The position numbers and the translations under genes are program-made. A DNA stretch of 64,000 bases from a virus. Where the stretch lies: positions 1 through 64,000 of the IMG/VR virus record IMGVR_UViG_3300009059_000716. The stretch is one strand, 5' to 3'. Positions 19,352-29,197 of the stretch are shown here, piece by piece; the stretch's first letter is position 1, and the number at the start of each line of letters is the position of its first letter. The notes under the pieces were generated by a model, which saw only the letters and a program-made list of their open reading frames with translations, had not been told where the DNA came from and did not search any database.

Positions 19352-19936
19352 ATGTCTAGATACCTCAAGAAAATATCCCATAAGTATGAATTCCTCAAAT
19401 TAGAACTTGAAGAGACTGAAGAAGAACTCGAAAGCTACCTAAGTGAATGGAGTAAACTGTTTGGAAAATATTTTGTTCAAAAGGAATCTGAAATGTGGGT
19501 TAATGAAGAGACCGGAGAGATGAGAAAAGATCCTCCAGGCAAAGAAGAGGAAAAACCTACAAAGAAACAAAAACCGGAAAAACTTAAAAAACTGTATAAA
19601 AAGTTATCTACTTACACCCATCCTGATAAAGGAGGAAAGGTAGATGACTTTAATGCGGTAAAAGAAGCTTATCAGAAGGAGAATCTACTAGAACTACTTA
19701 AGTTTGCCGGTCTCTACGACTTGGACTTTGAACTTGAAGAGGAAGATGAAACTCTAGTTAATAAAACGTTTACAAACATTCAAGAAGAAATACAAGGTCA
19801 CAAAGGTTCAATGGCCTGGGCGTACGGCAAAGGAGATAAAGCAGCAAAATTAGCTGTAATAAAGAACCTAGAAAATCATTTAGGTATAATAATAAAAAAA
19901 GAAGATTACCCAAAAGAGTTGTTGGATCTTATATAA
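19352..19936 (+). CDS. J-domain (DnaJ-like) protein
   Basis: LKKLYKKL..THPDKGG..F..VKEAY. Confidence 0.75.
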   Translation: MSRYLKKISHKYEFLKLELEETEEELESYLSEWSKLFGKYFVQKESEMWVNEETGEMRKDPPGKEEEKPTKKQKPEKLKKLYKKLSTYTHPDKGGKVDDFNAVKEAYQKENLLELLKFAGLYDLDFELEEEDETLVNKTFTNIQEEIQGHKGSMAWAYGKGDKAAKLAVIKNLENHLGIIIKKEDYPKELLDLI

Positions 19937-19974
19937 AGTATTCGTATCTTTATATTAAATAAAAATGGTTATAA

Positions 19975-22338
19975 ATGCAGTTAGAAAAGAAGTACTACAC
20001 CGTTCAAGATAGTGAAACGTTAAAACTACTACACCAACACATCCTAGACTCAGATGTAATAGCAGTCGATACAGAGACGACTGGTCTAAACCCCAGAAAA
20101 GATAAAATTATCGGATGGTCAGTATCCGGAGATGAAGGTATTGGGTTCTATCTTCCTACTTTAGTATGGGATTATCATAGAGAAGAGTTAATCTTACAAG
20201 AGATTGATGAGACCTCTACCGAGCTTTTAAGTAGAAATTTACTTAAGCTTTTGAAAGGAAAGAAATTAGTATTTCACAATGCTTCCTTTGACGTTCAATT
20301 TATTAAAAATTACTACGGTGTTGACTTATTAGAAGACATCTGGGTAGATACTGGACTCTTAGTTCATACTGTTTATGAGGAAGGAGCTTTTGGCTTTGGT
20401 AATCCTTTTGGACTGAAATCTATAGCTATTATGAATCAGGAGGCTCTTGGCCTGAACGTAGAAGAAGCTGCTAACCAGGAGCAAATTGAACTTAAAGAAT
20501 CTATTAAGAAAAATGGTGGCTCTGTTACTAAAGAAAGCTTTGAAATCTACAAGGCTGATCTTGACATCCTTAGCAAGTATGCTAGTGCTGATACTGACCT
20601 TACCCTTCGCATTTGTAATCTATATTTGGATAAATTACGAGATGAAGGTTTGGAGAAATTCTTCTTTGAAGATGAAGTAATGCCTGTTTATAGAGAGGTA
20701 ACTGTACCGATGGAATCATACGGTGTAGAACTCGATATGGACTTAATAGAGCAAACACACAAAGAGATCTCAGAAGATCTTGAAGATAATAAAGATATTG
20801 TAATGAAATCCTTATTAGAGACCTCAGAAGCGAAATCATGGGTAGTTAAGACTGCATTAGATAACTACCCAGTATCACCAAAAGGTAACTGGGCACAGAA
20901 TATTGTTGCAAGATACTCTATTCCTTTACCTAAATCAGAAAAAACAGGTAAGTATTCACTTACCCAGAAAAATATAGAAGCATTTGAACCCTCTAGTGAA
21001 AAAGAAGAGAAAGTAAAGCAGTTCCTATTAACCGGAGACGAGACCCTTATCGATGAGGTAGAAAGATACCGAATCTCGATGGCAATGTGGAGGGAATCAA
21101 ACGACGGAGATCTTATTAATATCCAGTCTAAAAAACACTTGGGTGAGATCGTCTTCGGTTATATGGGAATTGAACCTCTTAAAGCAGCAGGGCAGACTAA
21201 ATCAGGTAGAGCTCAATTCGATATGGATATGATCGAAGAGTTATCTAAAACTTATACTTGGGCTGAAAACCTAAGAGTATATAACAAGTTACTTAAAATT
21301 AAATCTACCTACGTAGACAGGTTCAGAGACAGAGCCGAAGACGGTAAATACTATTTCTACTTCAAACAGAATGGTACTGTATCAGGACGCTATGGATCAG
21401 ATGCACAGCAGCTTCCTAAACCCAAAGAGGAAGGAGAAGATGCTCCGATTATTGTTAAGTATACCAATATCGTGAGAAAGTTTATGATTGCCGGAGAAGG
21501 TAGAAAAGTAATCGATGCCGATTACGAATCATTAGAACCTCATTGCTTTGCATCTGTAACAGGCGATACTGCTTTACAGGAAATCTTTAACAAAGGCTGG
21601 GACTTCTACTCTACAGTTGCTATTAAAACTGAAAGATTAGATCAGGATCGTAAAAGATTCCCTAACGGAGTCTCAGCAGACAAGAAAGCACCCAACTACC
21701 TTAAGAACTTAGATGCTCCTGCTCGTAATAAAGCAAAAGCTTATTCATTAGGTATTGCATACGGTATGGAAGCTTATGCTCTTAAAATGACTTTAGGTAT
21801 TGATCAGAAGAAAGCTGAAGAATTAGTTCAAGGTTATTTAGATGGATTTCCTCAGCTTAAAGAATGGAGAGAGAATTCTAGACTTCAAGTCAAAGCTCAC
21901 GGTTACATTAAAAACTATGTAGGACGAGTTAGACACTTACCTAAAGTTCAGAAGACTTATATGAAGTTTCAAGACCGTATGATGGATTGGAGATTTAGAA
22001 AAGAGTTAGAAGCTAAATACGGTAAAGAAGTAGTAATACAAGCTTATAGAGATTACCGAAACGGACTTAATAACTGCCTTAACTTCCAACTTCAATCATT
22101 AGCAGCTGCAGTAGTAAACCGTGCAGCGGTACAGATTAATAGAAAAGCTATAGAGTTAGGAATAGATGCTAAATGTCAGGCACAGGTCCATGATCAACTT
22201 ATTGTGAATGTATCAGAAAAAGATGCAGAAATGTTTGCACCTCATGTACAGCATATAATGGAAACTACGACTGTACTACCAGGAGTAACCCTAAAAGCAC
22301 CACCAGAAATTGCAAATAACTGGGCGGATGGACATTAA
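19975..22338 (+). CDS. polA: Family A DNA polymerase with 3'-5' exonuclease
   Basis: AVDTETTG, FHNASFD, YASAD, TVSGRY, DADYESLE, K..SLGIAYG, QVHDQ. Confidence 0.93.
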   Translation: MQLEKKYYTVQDSETLKLLHQHILDSDVIAVDTETTGLNPRKDKIIGWSVSGDEGIGFYLPTLVWDYHREELILQEIDETSTELLSRNLLKLLKGKKLVFHNASFDVQFIKNYYGVDLLEDIWVDTGLLVHTVYEEGAFGFGNPFGLKSIAIMNQEALGLNVEEAANQEQIELKESIKKNGGSVTKESFEIYKADLDILSKYASADTDLTLRICNLYLDKLRDEGLEKFFFEDEVMPVYREVTVPMESYGVELDMDLIEQTHKEISEDLEDNKDIVMKSLLETSEAKSWVVKTALDNYPVSPKGNWAQNIVARYSIPLPKSEKTGKYSLTQKNIEAFEPSSEKEEKVKQFLLTGDETLIDEVERYRISMAMWRESNDGDLINIQSKKHLGEIVFGYMGIEPLKAAGQTKSGRAQFDMDMIEELSKTYTWAENLRVYNKLLKIKSTYVDRFRDRAEDGKYYFYFKQNGTVSGRYGSDAQQLPKPKEEGEDAPIIVKYTNIVRKFMIAGEGRKVIDADYESLEPHCFASVTGDTALQEIFNKGWDFYSTVAIKTERLDQDRKRFPNGVSADKKAPNYLKNLDAPARNKAKAYSLGIAYGMEAYALKMTLGIDQKKAEELVQGYLDGFPQLKEWRENSRLQVKAHGYIKNYVGRVRHLPKVQKTYMKFQDRMMDWRFRKELEAKYGKEVVIQAYRDYRNGLNNCLNFQLQSLAAAVVNRAAVQINRKAIELGIDAKCQAQVHDQLIVNVSEKDAEMFAPHVQHIMETTTVLPGVTLKAPPEIANNWADGH

Positions 22339-22367
22339 AAATTAAAATCAAGTATATTTATATTAAA

Positions 22368-22879
22368 GAAGATTGACCCTAGAGCTTTCAACTTTTAAAT
22401 TAACCGGAGATCTTAGGACTCCACAAATTACATCATTATGAGTAACATTTTTTTACATGAACGAAATCCGTTCGACATTTTAGTCCGCAATTTTTTGCAA
22501 ACAGCCAATGGTTACGCACCACTAGCAGAATCCAAACTTCCTCACCCAGTAGACATTTACGAGACAGAGACACATCTAGTGTTCGACATCGCTTGTACAG
22601 GAGTTTCTCAAGAAGAGCTCGAGGTACAGACTCAAAATAATACATTACGGGTAAATTACAATAAAGTAGATAAAGACGACGAGGCAAAATATATCCACAG
22701 AGGTATAGCCAAACGTTCGTTTAATTTAGGATGGAAAATCGATAGTAAATTTGATTTAAGTAAAGCTGATGCTGAATTTAAATACGGATTACTAAAGATT
22801 GCAATTCCATACGCTAAAGGGTCAGAAGTAAAGACTCTTAAAATAAAATAGATTAATTCCGCTCTAGGGTTTGATCTTT
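22368..22879 (+). repeat. Inverted repeat flanking hsp20
   Basis: ACCCTAGAGC (22376-85) and GCTCTAGGGT (22861-70), extendable by G-U pairs. Confidence 0.65.
22438..22851 (+). CDS. Small heat shock protein (Hsp20)
   Basis: PVDIYE, YIHRGIAKRSF, A.FKYGLLKI.IP. Confidence 0.92.
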   Translation: MSNIFLHERNPFDILVRNFLQTANGYAPLAESKLPHPVDIYETETHLVFDIACTGVSQEELEVQTQNNTLRVNYNKVDKDDEAKYIHRGIAKRSFNLGWKIDSKFDLSKADAEFKYGLLKIAIPYAKGSEVKTLKIK

Positions 22880-22904
22880 AAATAAATCTTCATATATTAA
22901 TATA

Positions 22905-23099
22905 ATGAACAAAGAGGTTATAGAAGTTCGAGGAAACTTGTATCAAGTAGTTAGAAAAATTAAAGAGTCTCAAGTTAACGGTAACGTAGACGGATTAAAG
23001 GCTTGGAGAGAACTTCTTCACTGTGATACAATGTTTAACTCGAATGGAGTATACTACCTAGTAAAAGAAATAACAGACGTAAATATAAACAATGAGTAA
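22905..23099 (+). CDS. Hypothetical protein
   Basis: ORF after promoter 22871-22900. Confidence 0.65.
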   Translation: MNKEVIEVRGNLYQVVRKIKESQVNGNVDGLKAWRELLHCDTMFNSNGVYYLVKEITDVNINNE

Positions 23100-23400
23100 A
23101 AAGTTACAACCAACAAACGACAGAATCCTCATCAAACCTATTGATGAAGGAGAACAGACTTACGGTTCAATCGTAATTCCAGATTTAGGAAAAGAGAAAC
23201 CAGAAATGGGAGAAGTATTAGCAGTAGGTCCAGGGCGTCAGTCGGAACTTGACCCTTCTAAACTTATTACAGTTAGATCCTGTAAAGTAGGAGATGTAGT
23301 CCTTGTACCTAAAATCGGAACATTAAGAATTGATTTCGAAGGTGAAGAGTATTATATCGCACAAGATAGAGAAATTTTAGCAGTTGTAAAAGAAGCATAG
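23092..23400 (+). CDS. groES: Co-chaperonin GroES
   Basis: PTNDRILI, IVIPD, GEVLAVGPG, KVGDVV, EILAV. Confidence 0.95.
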   Translation: MSKKLQPTNDRILIKPIDEGEQTYGSIVIPDLGKEKPEMGEVLAVGPGRQSELDPSKLITVRSCKVGDVVLVPKIGTLRIDFEGEEYYIAQDREILAVVKEA

Positions 23401-23402
23401 AT

Positions 23403-25049
23403 ATGAGTAAGAAAATTACATTTTCAAATGACGCTAGAAATAAACTAGCTGACGGAGTAGATAAATTAGCAAATGCAGTTACAGCAACATTAGGTCCATC
23501 AGGCCGTAATGTTATCATCGAACAAGATATGGGTAATCCAGTATCTACGAAAGATGGTGTAACAGTAGCTAAATCTATTGTACTAAAAGATAAAGTAGAG
23601 AATTTAGGAGCACAGATTGTTAAACAAGCTTCTATTAAGACGGCAGAACAGGCAGGTGATGGTACAACAACATCTACCTTACTTGCACAAACTATTCTTA
23701 ATGACGGTATTGATTCTTTAGATGCAGGATCAAATGCAGTAGACGTTAAGAGAGGTATTGATAAAGCAGTAAAAGAAGTAGTTAAGTTTTTAGAAACTGA
23801 TTACTCAAAAGAAATAACGGATGAAGAACAGCTAAAACAAGTCGCTACAATTTCAGCCAACAACGATACAGAAGTTGGAGAATTGATCTCTACTGCTATG
23901 GATAAAGTAGGAAGAGATGGTGTTGTTACAATCGAAGAATCCAAAACAGGAGAAACATATCTCGAAACAGTCGAAGGTATGCAATTCAATCGCGGTTATA
24001 AGTCTCCATACTTCGTTACGGATAACTCTACCATGACTGCTGTTCTTCAAAAACCGTTGATTTTAATTACCGACAAGAGGTTAAATGCAATCAAAGAGTT
24101 ACTTCCAATCCTAGAAAGTGTCTCACAGCAGAACAGATCTTTATTAATAATTGCTGAAGACCTAGATGGAGAAGCTTTATCGACACTAGTAGTTAACAAA
24201 ATGAGAGGAATCTTATCTGTAGCTGCAGTTAAAGCTCCTGACTTTGGAGATAGAAGAAAAGCAGTCCTAGAAGATATCGCAATCTTAACCGGGGGTCAAG
24301 TAATCTCATCAGAGAAAGGAATGAGATTTGAGAAGTTTGACACTAATTGGTTAGGTTCAGCTAATAAAGTTACAGTAGGTAAAGATACTACTACCATCAT
24401 TGACGCTAAAGGAGATGAAGAGAAGATTACCCAAAGAGTAGAAGAGATTAAAAATCAAATTGATGATACTAAATCTCCATACGAAAAAGAAAATCTTCAA
24501 GATAGATTAGCTAAATTCATCGGCGGTATTGCAATCGTTCACGTAGGAGGAATGACAGAAGTAGAGATGAAAGAGAAGAAAGATAGAGTTGACGATGCAC
24601 TACATGCAACCAAAGCAGCTTTAGAAGAAGGAATCTTACCTGGAGGAGGAATTGCATTACTAAATGCAGCCACAATGCTAGAAAGTAGATTAGACTCAAT
24701 TGAATCTAAAGATGAATACAAAGGATATCAAATTGTATTGAATGCATGCGAAGCTCCTTTCAGAAAAATCTTATTAAACGCAGGTTTTACTTCAGATAAG
24801 ATAGGAGAAATTGATACAGAGTTACAAAACTCTAAAGATAAATGGTTAGGTTTTAACCCAAGAGCTGACAAAACAGTTAATATGTTTGAAGCAGGAATTA
24901 TTGATCCAACCAAAGTTACAAGATTAGCACTAGAAAATGCAGCATCGGTTGCTGGTACGATGTTGATTACAGAGGCAGTAGTCTCTAACTTACCAGAGAA
25001 AAACAAAAAAGAAAGTAATGGTATGGATCCAAACATGCTATTAGGATAA
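23403..25049 (+). CDS. groEL: Chaperonin GroEL
   Basis: [42 protein letters not shown]. Confidence 0.97.
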   Translation: MSKKITFSNDARNKLADGVDKLANAVTATLGPSGRNVIIEQDMGNPVSTKDGVTVAKSIVLKDKVENLGAQIVKQASIKTAEQAGDGTTTSTLLAQTILNDGIDSLDAGSNAVDVKRGIDKAVKEVVKFLETDYSKEITDEEQLKQVATISANNDTEVGELISTAMDKVGRDGVVTIEESKTGETYLETVEGMQFNRGYKSPYFVTDNSTMTAVLQKPLILITDKRLNAIKELLPILESVSQQNRSLLIIAEDLDGEALSTLVVNKMRGILSVAAVKAPDFGDRRKAVLEDIAILTGGQVISSEKGMRFEKFDTNWLGSANKVTVGKDTTTIIDAKGDEEKITQRVEEIKNQIDDTKSPYEKENLQDRLAKFIGGIAIVHVGGMTEVEMKEKKDRVDDALHATKAALEEGILPGGGIALLNAATMLESRLDSIESKDEYKGYQIVLNACEAPFRKILLNAGFTSDKIGEIDTELQNSKDKWLGFNPRADKTVNMFEAGIIDPTKVTRLALENAASVAGTMLITEAVVSNLPEKNKKESNGMDPNMLLG

Positions 25050-25071
25050 ATTAAATTTTAAAATTAAGATT

Positions 25072-25242
25072 ATGTCAAAAAAACAAGAATTATTCGAAGC
25101 AATTGAAGCTAACTTTACAGAGTTAGCAGAAAACAATGCAGGAACTACTAAAGCATCTCAACAGAGAGCTCGTAAGGCAGCAGGAGAGATCAAGAAATTG
25201 ATTACCGACTACCGTAAAGCTTCCGTAGAAGAGTCTAAGTAA
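25072..25242 (+). CDS. Histone H1-like (Hc1-type) protein, 56 aa (not in ORF track)
   Basis: KASQQRARKAAGEIKKLITDYRKASV. Confidence 0.7.
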   Translation: MSKKQELFEAIEANFTELAENNAGTTKASQQRARKAAGEIKKLITDYRKASVEESK

Positions 25243-25243
25243 T

Positions 25244-25296
25244 CCGAGGGGCGGGGGCGTTTCTCTCTCCCGCACCGAAGGTGCCACGCGCATTTT
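25244..25296. other. GC-rich structured intergenic element
   Basis: GCGGGGG/CTCCCGC and GCACC-GAA-GGTGC stems in an AT-rich genome. Confidence 0.45.
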
Positions 25297-25301
25297 TAAC
25301 T

Positions 25302-25330
25302 AACCCTACCCTCAACCGGTGGGGTTTTTT
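25302..25330 (+). terminator. Intrinsic terminator
   Basis: AACCCTACC-loop-GGTGGGGTT-TTTT. Confidence 0.7.
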
Positions 25331-25440
25331 ATTGCCATATAGTTGCCATCCTGCTAAAATTGTGTTATCTTAGTTTAAGAGAAGTTCAAGAGAAGTTCAA
25401 TTTTGGACTATTTATTAACATAACCCCTAAACACCGGCAT

Positions 25441-25746
25441 ATGAAAAAGATCTTATTTGCATTAGCAATGCTTGTATCTGCCATAGGACTTGCACAGGAA
25501 AAGACCTATAAAGTAGTAAATGAAAATACCGTAGCAGTCACCATTAAATTTGATGGAGCACCGACACAAAAAGGTATCTATACAAAGGTAGATGGAGTGT
25601 TTAAACCCCACGGTATATGGACACAATATGACGAGAATAATCGCGTTACCCTGCGGGTGATGTATCTGGAAGGTAAAAAAGTCTGGGTCGAGAAAGATTT
25701 TGGTGCAACACAGGTTGTAATAAATTATAAAGAAGGGGCTATTTAG
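25441..25746 (+). CDS. Secreted protein (signal peptide, beta-rich)
   Basis: MKKILFALAMLVSAIGLAQ from ATG 25441; PHGIWTQYD. Confidence 0.7.
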   Translation: MKKILFALAMLVSAIGLAQEKTYKVVNENTVAVTIKFDGAPTQKGIYTKVDGVFKPHGIWTQYDENNRVTLRVMYLEGKKVWVEKDFGATQVVINYKEGAI

Positions 25747-25759
25747 CCTCTTTTTTTTT
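25734..25759 (+). terminator. Intrinsic terminator
   Basis: AGGGGCT-ATTT-AGCCTCT-T8. Confidence 0.7.
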
Positions 25760-25792
25760 GTTTAGAAGAAAAGATTTCTTATATTTATTAAT

Positions 25793-25969
25793 ATGCAAGA
25801 CTTTATATTTTTCGAGGAATCGTGGAATGATAACCAAAACATAAATCAAATGAGTTCTAAATTTTTTGGCAACAGCCTAACACCCAGTACAAGTAAAAGT
25901 AAAGTTAAAAACAGCAAAGGAAAAAATGTTGTTAAACAAGTTGTAAAAAAAGCCGGAAGAGGTAAATAA
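25793..25969 (+). CDS. Small basic protein, 58 aa (not in ORF track)
   Basis: Ends VVKKAGRGK; follows promoter; abuts apt. Confidence 0.5.
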   Translation: MQDFIFFEESWNDNQNINQMSSKFFGNSLTPSTSKSKVKNSKGKNVVKQVVKKAGRGK

Positions 25970-26461
25970 ATGGATTTTAAAAGTTATATCAAAGAGGTTC
26001 CAAACTTTCCTAAAGAAGGTATTTTATACCGAGACATCCAACCCCTATTACAAGATTCAGTAGCATTCTATGATGCAATATATGCGATGGGAGAACTCAT
26101 TGATATGGATAAAGTAGATTACTTTGTTGGAATCGAATCAAGAGGATTTATATTTGCAGCTGCTTTAGCAGCAATCAACCTGAAAGGATTTAAAATGATT
26201 CGTAAAGCAGGTAAACTTCCCGATAGAGGAGCAGCCCTATGTAGAACTGAATATGATCTTGAATACGGTTCAGATATAATTGAAATGGAAAGCGGCTGGG
26301 GTAATGTTGTCTTAGTAGATGATGTTTACGCTACAGGAGGGACAATGAAAGCAGCAGAAGAACTAGCAGATTTTGCCGGATATCAAGTAATCGATTCTCT
26401 ATGTTTATTGGATATAGGAATCGTAAAAGACCATAAAACAAAATGCGTAATATCTTATTAG
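25970..26461 (+). CDS. apt: Adenine phosphoribosyltransferase
   Basis: FPKEGILYRDI, GIESRGF, RKAGKLP, LEYG, VDDVYATGGT. Confidence 0.93.
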   Translation: MDFKSYIKEVPNFPKEGILYRDIQPLLQDSVAFYDAIYAMGELIDMDKVDYFVGIESRGFIFAAALAAINLKGFKMIRKAGKLPDRGAALCRTEYDLEYGSDIIEMESGWGNVVLVDDVYATGGTMKAAEELADFAGYQVIDSLCLLDIGIVKDHKTKCVISY

Positions 26462-26997
26462 TATCAGCAACCAAACTCGAACATCATGATAGAGAGTTAT
26501 TTGGTATTCCAATTCATATTATAGGAGTTGGAAAAGTAGAAGCAGCTTTAAATACAAAAAAGCTTATAGAGAATCATAAACTGGCCCACGGTGGTGGAAA
26601 ACCTTCCCGTGTAATTAATTTCGGTTCTTGCGGTAATCTTAAAAATCATAAAAGAGGTGAAGTTCTAGAAATAGGAACCGTATATGATGACTTCTATGGA
26701 TGTGTAGTTCCTGAACACGACCCTATAGAGATTACAAATTCACCTTACAAACTTTTCACTACAGATACTTTCTATGATACATCAGAAGTCTACAGTAAAA
26801 GTTATGTAGAAAATATAAAAAAATGTGATGTTGTAGATATGGAAGGATATTCCATAGCAAAAGTTTGTCAGAACGAAAGAATTTCCTTATCTTTGTATAA
26901 GTGGGTTAGTGATGATGGCTCAACAGAAGACTGGCAAGCAAACGCAGCAGCAGGTTATAACAACTTTAAAAAGTTATTCAAAGAAAAGTATTTATGA
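26443..26997 (+). CDS. Nucleoside phosphorylase / MTA-SAH nucleosidase family
   Basis: GVGKVEAA, NFGSCG, T.DTF, VDMEG, KWVSD. Confidence 0.82.
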   Translation: MRNILLVSATKLEHHDRELFGIPIHIIGVGKVEAALNTKKLIENHKLAHGGGKPSRVINFGSCGNLKNHKRGEVLEIGTVYDDFYGCVVPEHDPIEITNSPYKLFTTDTFYDTSEVYSKSYVENIKKCDVVDMEGYSIAKVCQNERISLSLYKWVSDDGSTEDWQANAAAGYNNFKKLFKEKYL

Positions 26998-27950
26998 AAA
27001 TTAGAACAGCAGAATTCGTATCACCAAGACACCCAGACAAATTATGTGATGGAGTATCAGACGCAATCTTAGACGCTTATTTAGCCGGTGATCCAGATTC
27101 TAGATGTGCAATCGAAACCATGGGAGGTCATGGTAAAGTATTTATTACAGGAGAGGTTACATCTAAAACTAAAGTAAATGACTCTACTATTAAAGCTTAT
27201 GTAGCTAACCTAACAGGTATCACAGACGTAACTATTAACCTAGTTATTCAATCACCAGAAATAGCCCAAGGGGTAGATACCGGAGGAGCTGGTGATCAGG
27301 GTATTATGATAGGTTATGCTTGTAACGATAACAACGAACAGGTACCTCAAGAGTACTACCTTGCTAGAAAATTAAACAGAGAGATATACAGAAAGTATCC
27401 ATTCGATGGAAAGACACAAGTTACATTAAGCGGTAAGAGTGTTAGGGTTGTAGCGTCATTTCAAAATGCTCCAAAAGCAGACTTAGAAACTATGTGTACA
27501 GATTTTTTCAAAAGAGAAAAATACACAATTAAAGAACTTCACTGTAATCCAGCCGGAGATTGGAAACAAGGAGGTTTTGATGCAGATGCAGGAGTTACTG
27601 GAAGAAAATTAGCCGTTGATAATTACGGACCTAGAGTGCCAATCGGAGGAGGAGCTTTCTCAGGTAAAGATGCAACTAAAGTAGATAGATCGGCAGCCTA
27701 TATGGCAAGACGTGTTGCTGTAGACTACCTCAAAAAGTATAAAGCAAGTGAAGTTATCGTTCAGCTATCTTATGCTATTGGGTATGATCAACCTTTACAG
27801 GCATTAGCACAGGTAGACGGTAAAGATATACAAATTAAAGATTACGATTTATCTCCAAAAGGAATCATAGAGTTTCTAGATTTAAAGAAACCAATGTTCT
27901 TTGAAACTTCAAAATGGGGAGCGATGGGTAACAATTTTAACTGGAAATAA
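26994..27950 (+). CDS. metK: S-adenosylmethionine synthetase
   Basis: HPDKLCD, GAGDQG, DGKTQV, DAGVTGRK, GGGAFSGKD.TKVDRSAAY. Confidence 0.95.
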   Translation: MKIRTAEFVSPRHPDKLCDGVSDAILDAYLAGDPDSRCAIETMGGHGKVFITGEVTSKTKVNDSTIKAYVANLTGITDVTINLVIQSPEIAQGVDTGGAGDQGIMIGYACNDNNEQVPQEYYLARKLNREIYRKYPFDGKTQVTLSGKSVRVVASFQNAPKADLETMCTDFFKREKYTIKELHCNPAGDWKQGGFDADAGVTGRKLAVDNYGPRVPIGGGAFSGKDATKVDRSAAYMARRVAVDYLKKYKASEVIVQLSYAIGYDQPLQALAQVDGKDIQIKDYDLSPKGIIEFLDLKKPMFFETSKWGAMGNNFNWK

Positions 27951-27964
27951 ATAAAATAAATGTT

Positions 27965-28231
27965 ATGAGTGATTCAATTAAAAAGTACGAAGAGTTAGTA
28001 GAAGAAGGTAGAATATCAACCACTGGTCCAAAAACAACCTATATCTATGAATCTCCAGATAAAGGAGAAACTGTCACTAGAAGACCTTTTCTAGGTGACA
28101 TCTCAGATAGAGAGCTAATTAAAAAACCTATCTTAAGTGAAGGAGATAAAAAACTAGCTTACAATATTTTAATTGAATACTCAGAAGCATCTATATTAGA
28201 AGCAGCTAGAATTTTACAGAGTGGAAGATAA
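27965..28231 (+). CDS. Hypothetical phage protein
   Basis: YIYESPDKGETV.RR motif. Confidence 0.7.
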   Translation: MSDSIKKYEELVEEGRISTTGPKTTYIYESPDKGETVTRRPFLGDISDRELIKKPILSEGDKKLAYNILIEYSEASILEAARILQSGR

Positions 28232-28658
28232 AATTTGGTACAGTATTGAAAATAGAATGCCGTACGGGGAGGTAAAAGGAGTCGTACAGGTAACCAATTC
28301 TAATTCTTTCAAATTTATTAAGGAAATACAAGAAAGTATAGAAGCTTTCAATAGAGAAATAGAATGGGATCAAATGTGGGATTTAAAAGAAACCCAAAAA
28401 CGGTTCTCTAATAATGAAGTTTTATTTTTACTTCGTGATAAAAAAGGAGCTTTAGGGCATGTATGGTTTGATGAAGACTATCTTTATAATATGTTTGTTA
28501 GTGATAGAAGAGAAGCTGGGATGCCAGTAAAATTTATCCTACATTGCTTCAACTATACACCGTATAAAGAAATCAGACTTTATTGTGATAAGTGGAACTA
28601 TAGGGCACAGAAATTCTTTGAAAAAGTTGGAGCTAAAGAAATTTCTTCTTATCTTTAA
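28221..28658 (+). CDS. GNAT-family acetyltransferase-like
   Basis: NMFVS..R..G; N.RAQKFFEKVG. Confidence 0.65.
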   Translation: MEDKIWYSIENRMPYGEVKGVVQVTNSNSFKFIKEIQESIEAFNREIEWDQMWDLKETQKRFSNNEVLFLLRDKKGALGHVWFDEDYLYNMFVSDRREAGMPVKFILHCFNYTPYKEIRLYCDKWNYRAQKFFEKVGAKEISSYL

Positions 28659-28660
28659 GT

Positions 28661-29167
28661 ATGAATATAAATCTACCCTATAGTCCGACTACTAGTCTAG
28701 AAGAATTAGAAGATCACCTAACTACTAACTACTTCAAAAAACCTTACGATAGGTTTATGTGGTGGAGAAGTTATACGTTAAAGAATAAACCTCTTACTTC
28801 TAGACATCCATTTAAGGATAGAATACTTAACGGTGATTTCGATATAGGTTCGTTTAAGTATGAAGCCCAAGTTGTAGAACATAGAATGAACGACAAATGG
28901 AGAGAGCTTTATAGGGATACCGGAAGGTATGTAGAAGAGACTTCTTTAGATAGAGCTAGACGTAAAAGACTATTAGAAGACTTTGAAAAGGACGAAGCTA
29001 ATAAACTTCAGGAACTTGAAAGAGGATTCTTACAGACGTTTAAACTTACTAAGGAACAGTACGAAGAAGAGGTAATGAATACCGACTTAGAGCTAATAGA
29101 ATTATACTTTTATATTGAAGAAAAATACGGGACATATTGGAAACCCGCTAAGATTCCTTTAAAATAG
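28661..29167 (+). CDS. Hypothetical protein
   Basis: ORF after promoter 28627-28657. Confidence 0.75.
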   Translation: MNINLPYSPTTSLEELEDHLTTNYFKKPYDRFMWWRSYTLKNKPLTSRHPFKDRILNGDFDIGSFKYEAQVVEHRMNDKWRELYRDTGRYVEETSLDRARRKRLLEDFEKDEANKLQELERGFLQTFKLTKEQYEEEVMNTDLELIELYFYIEEKYGTYWKPAKIPLK

Positions 29168-29197
29168 TATATTTATAATAAATACAAATAATCATTT

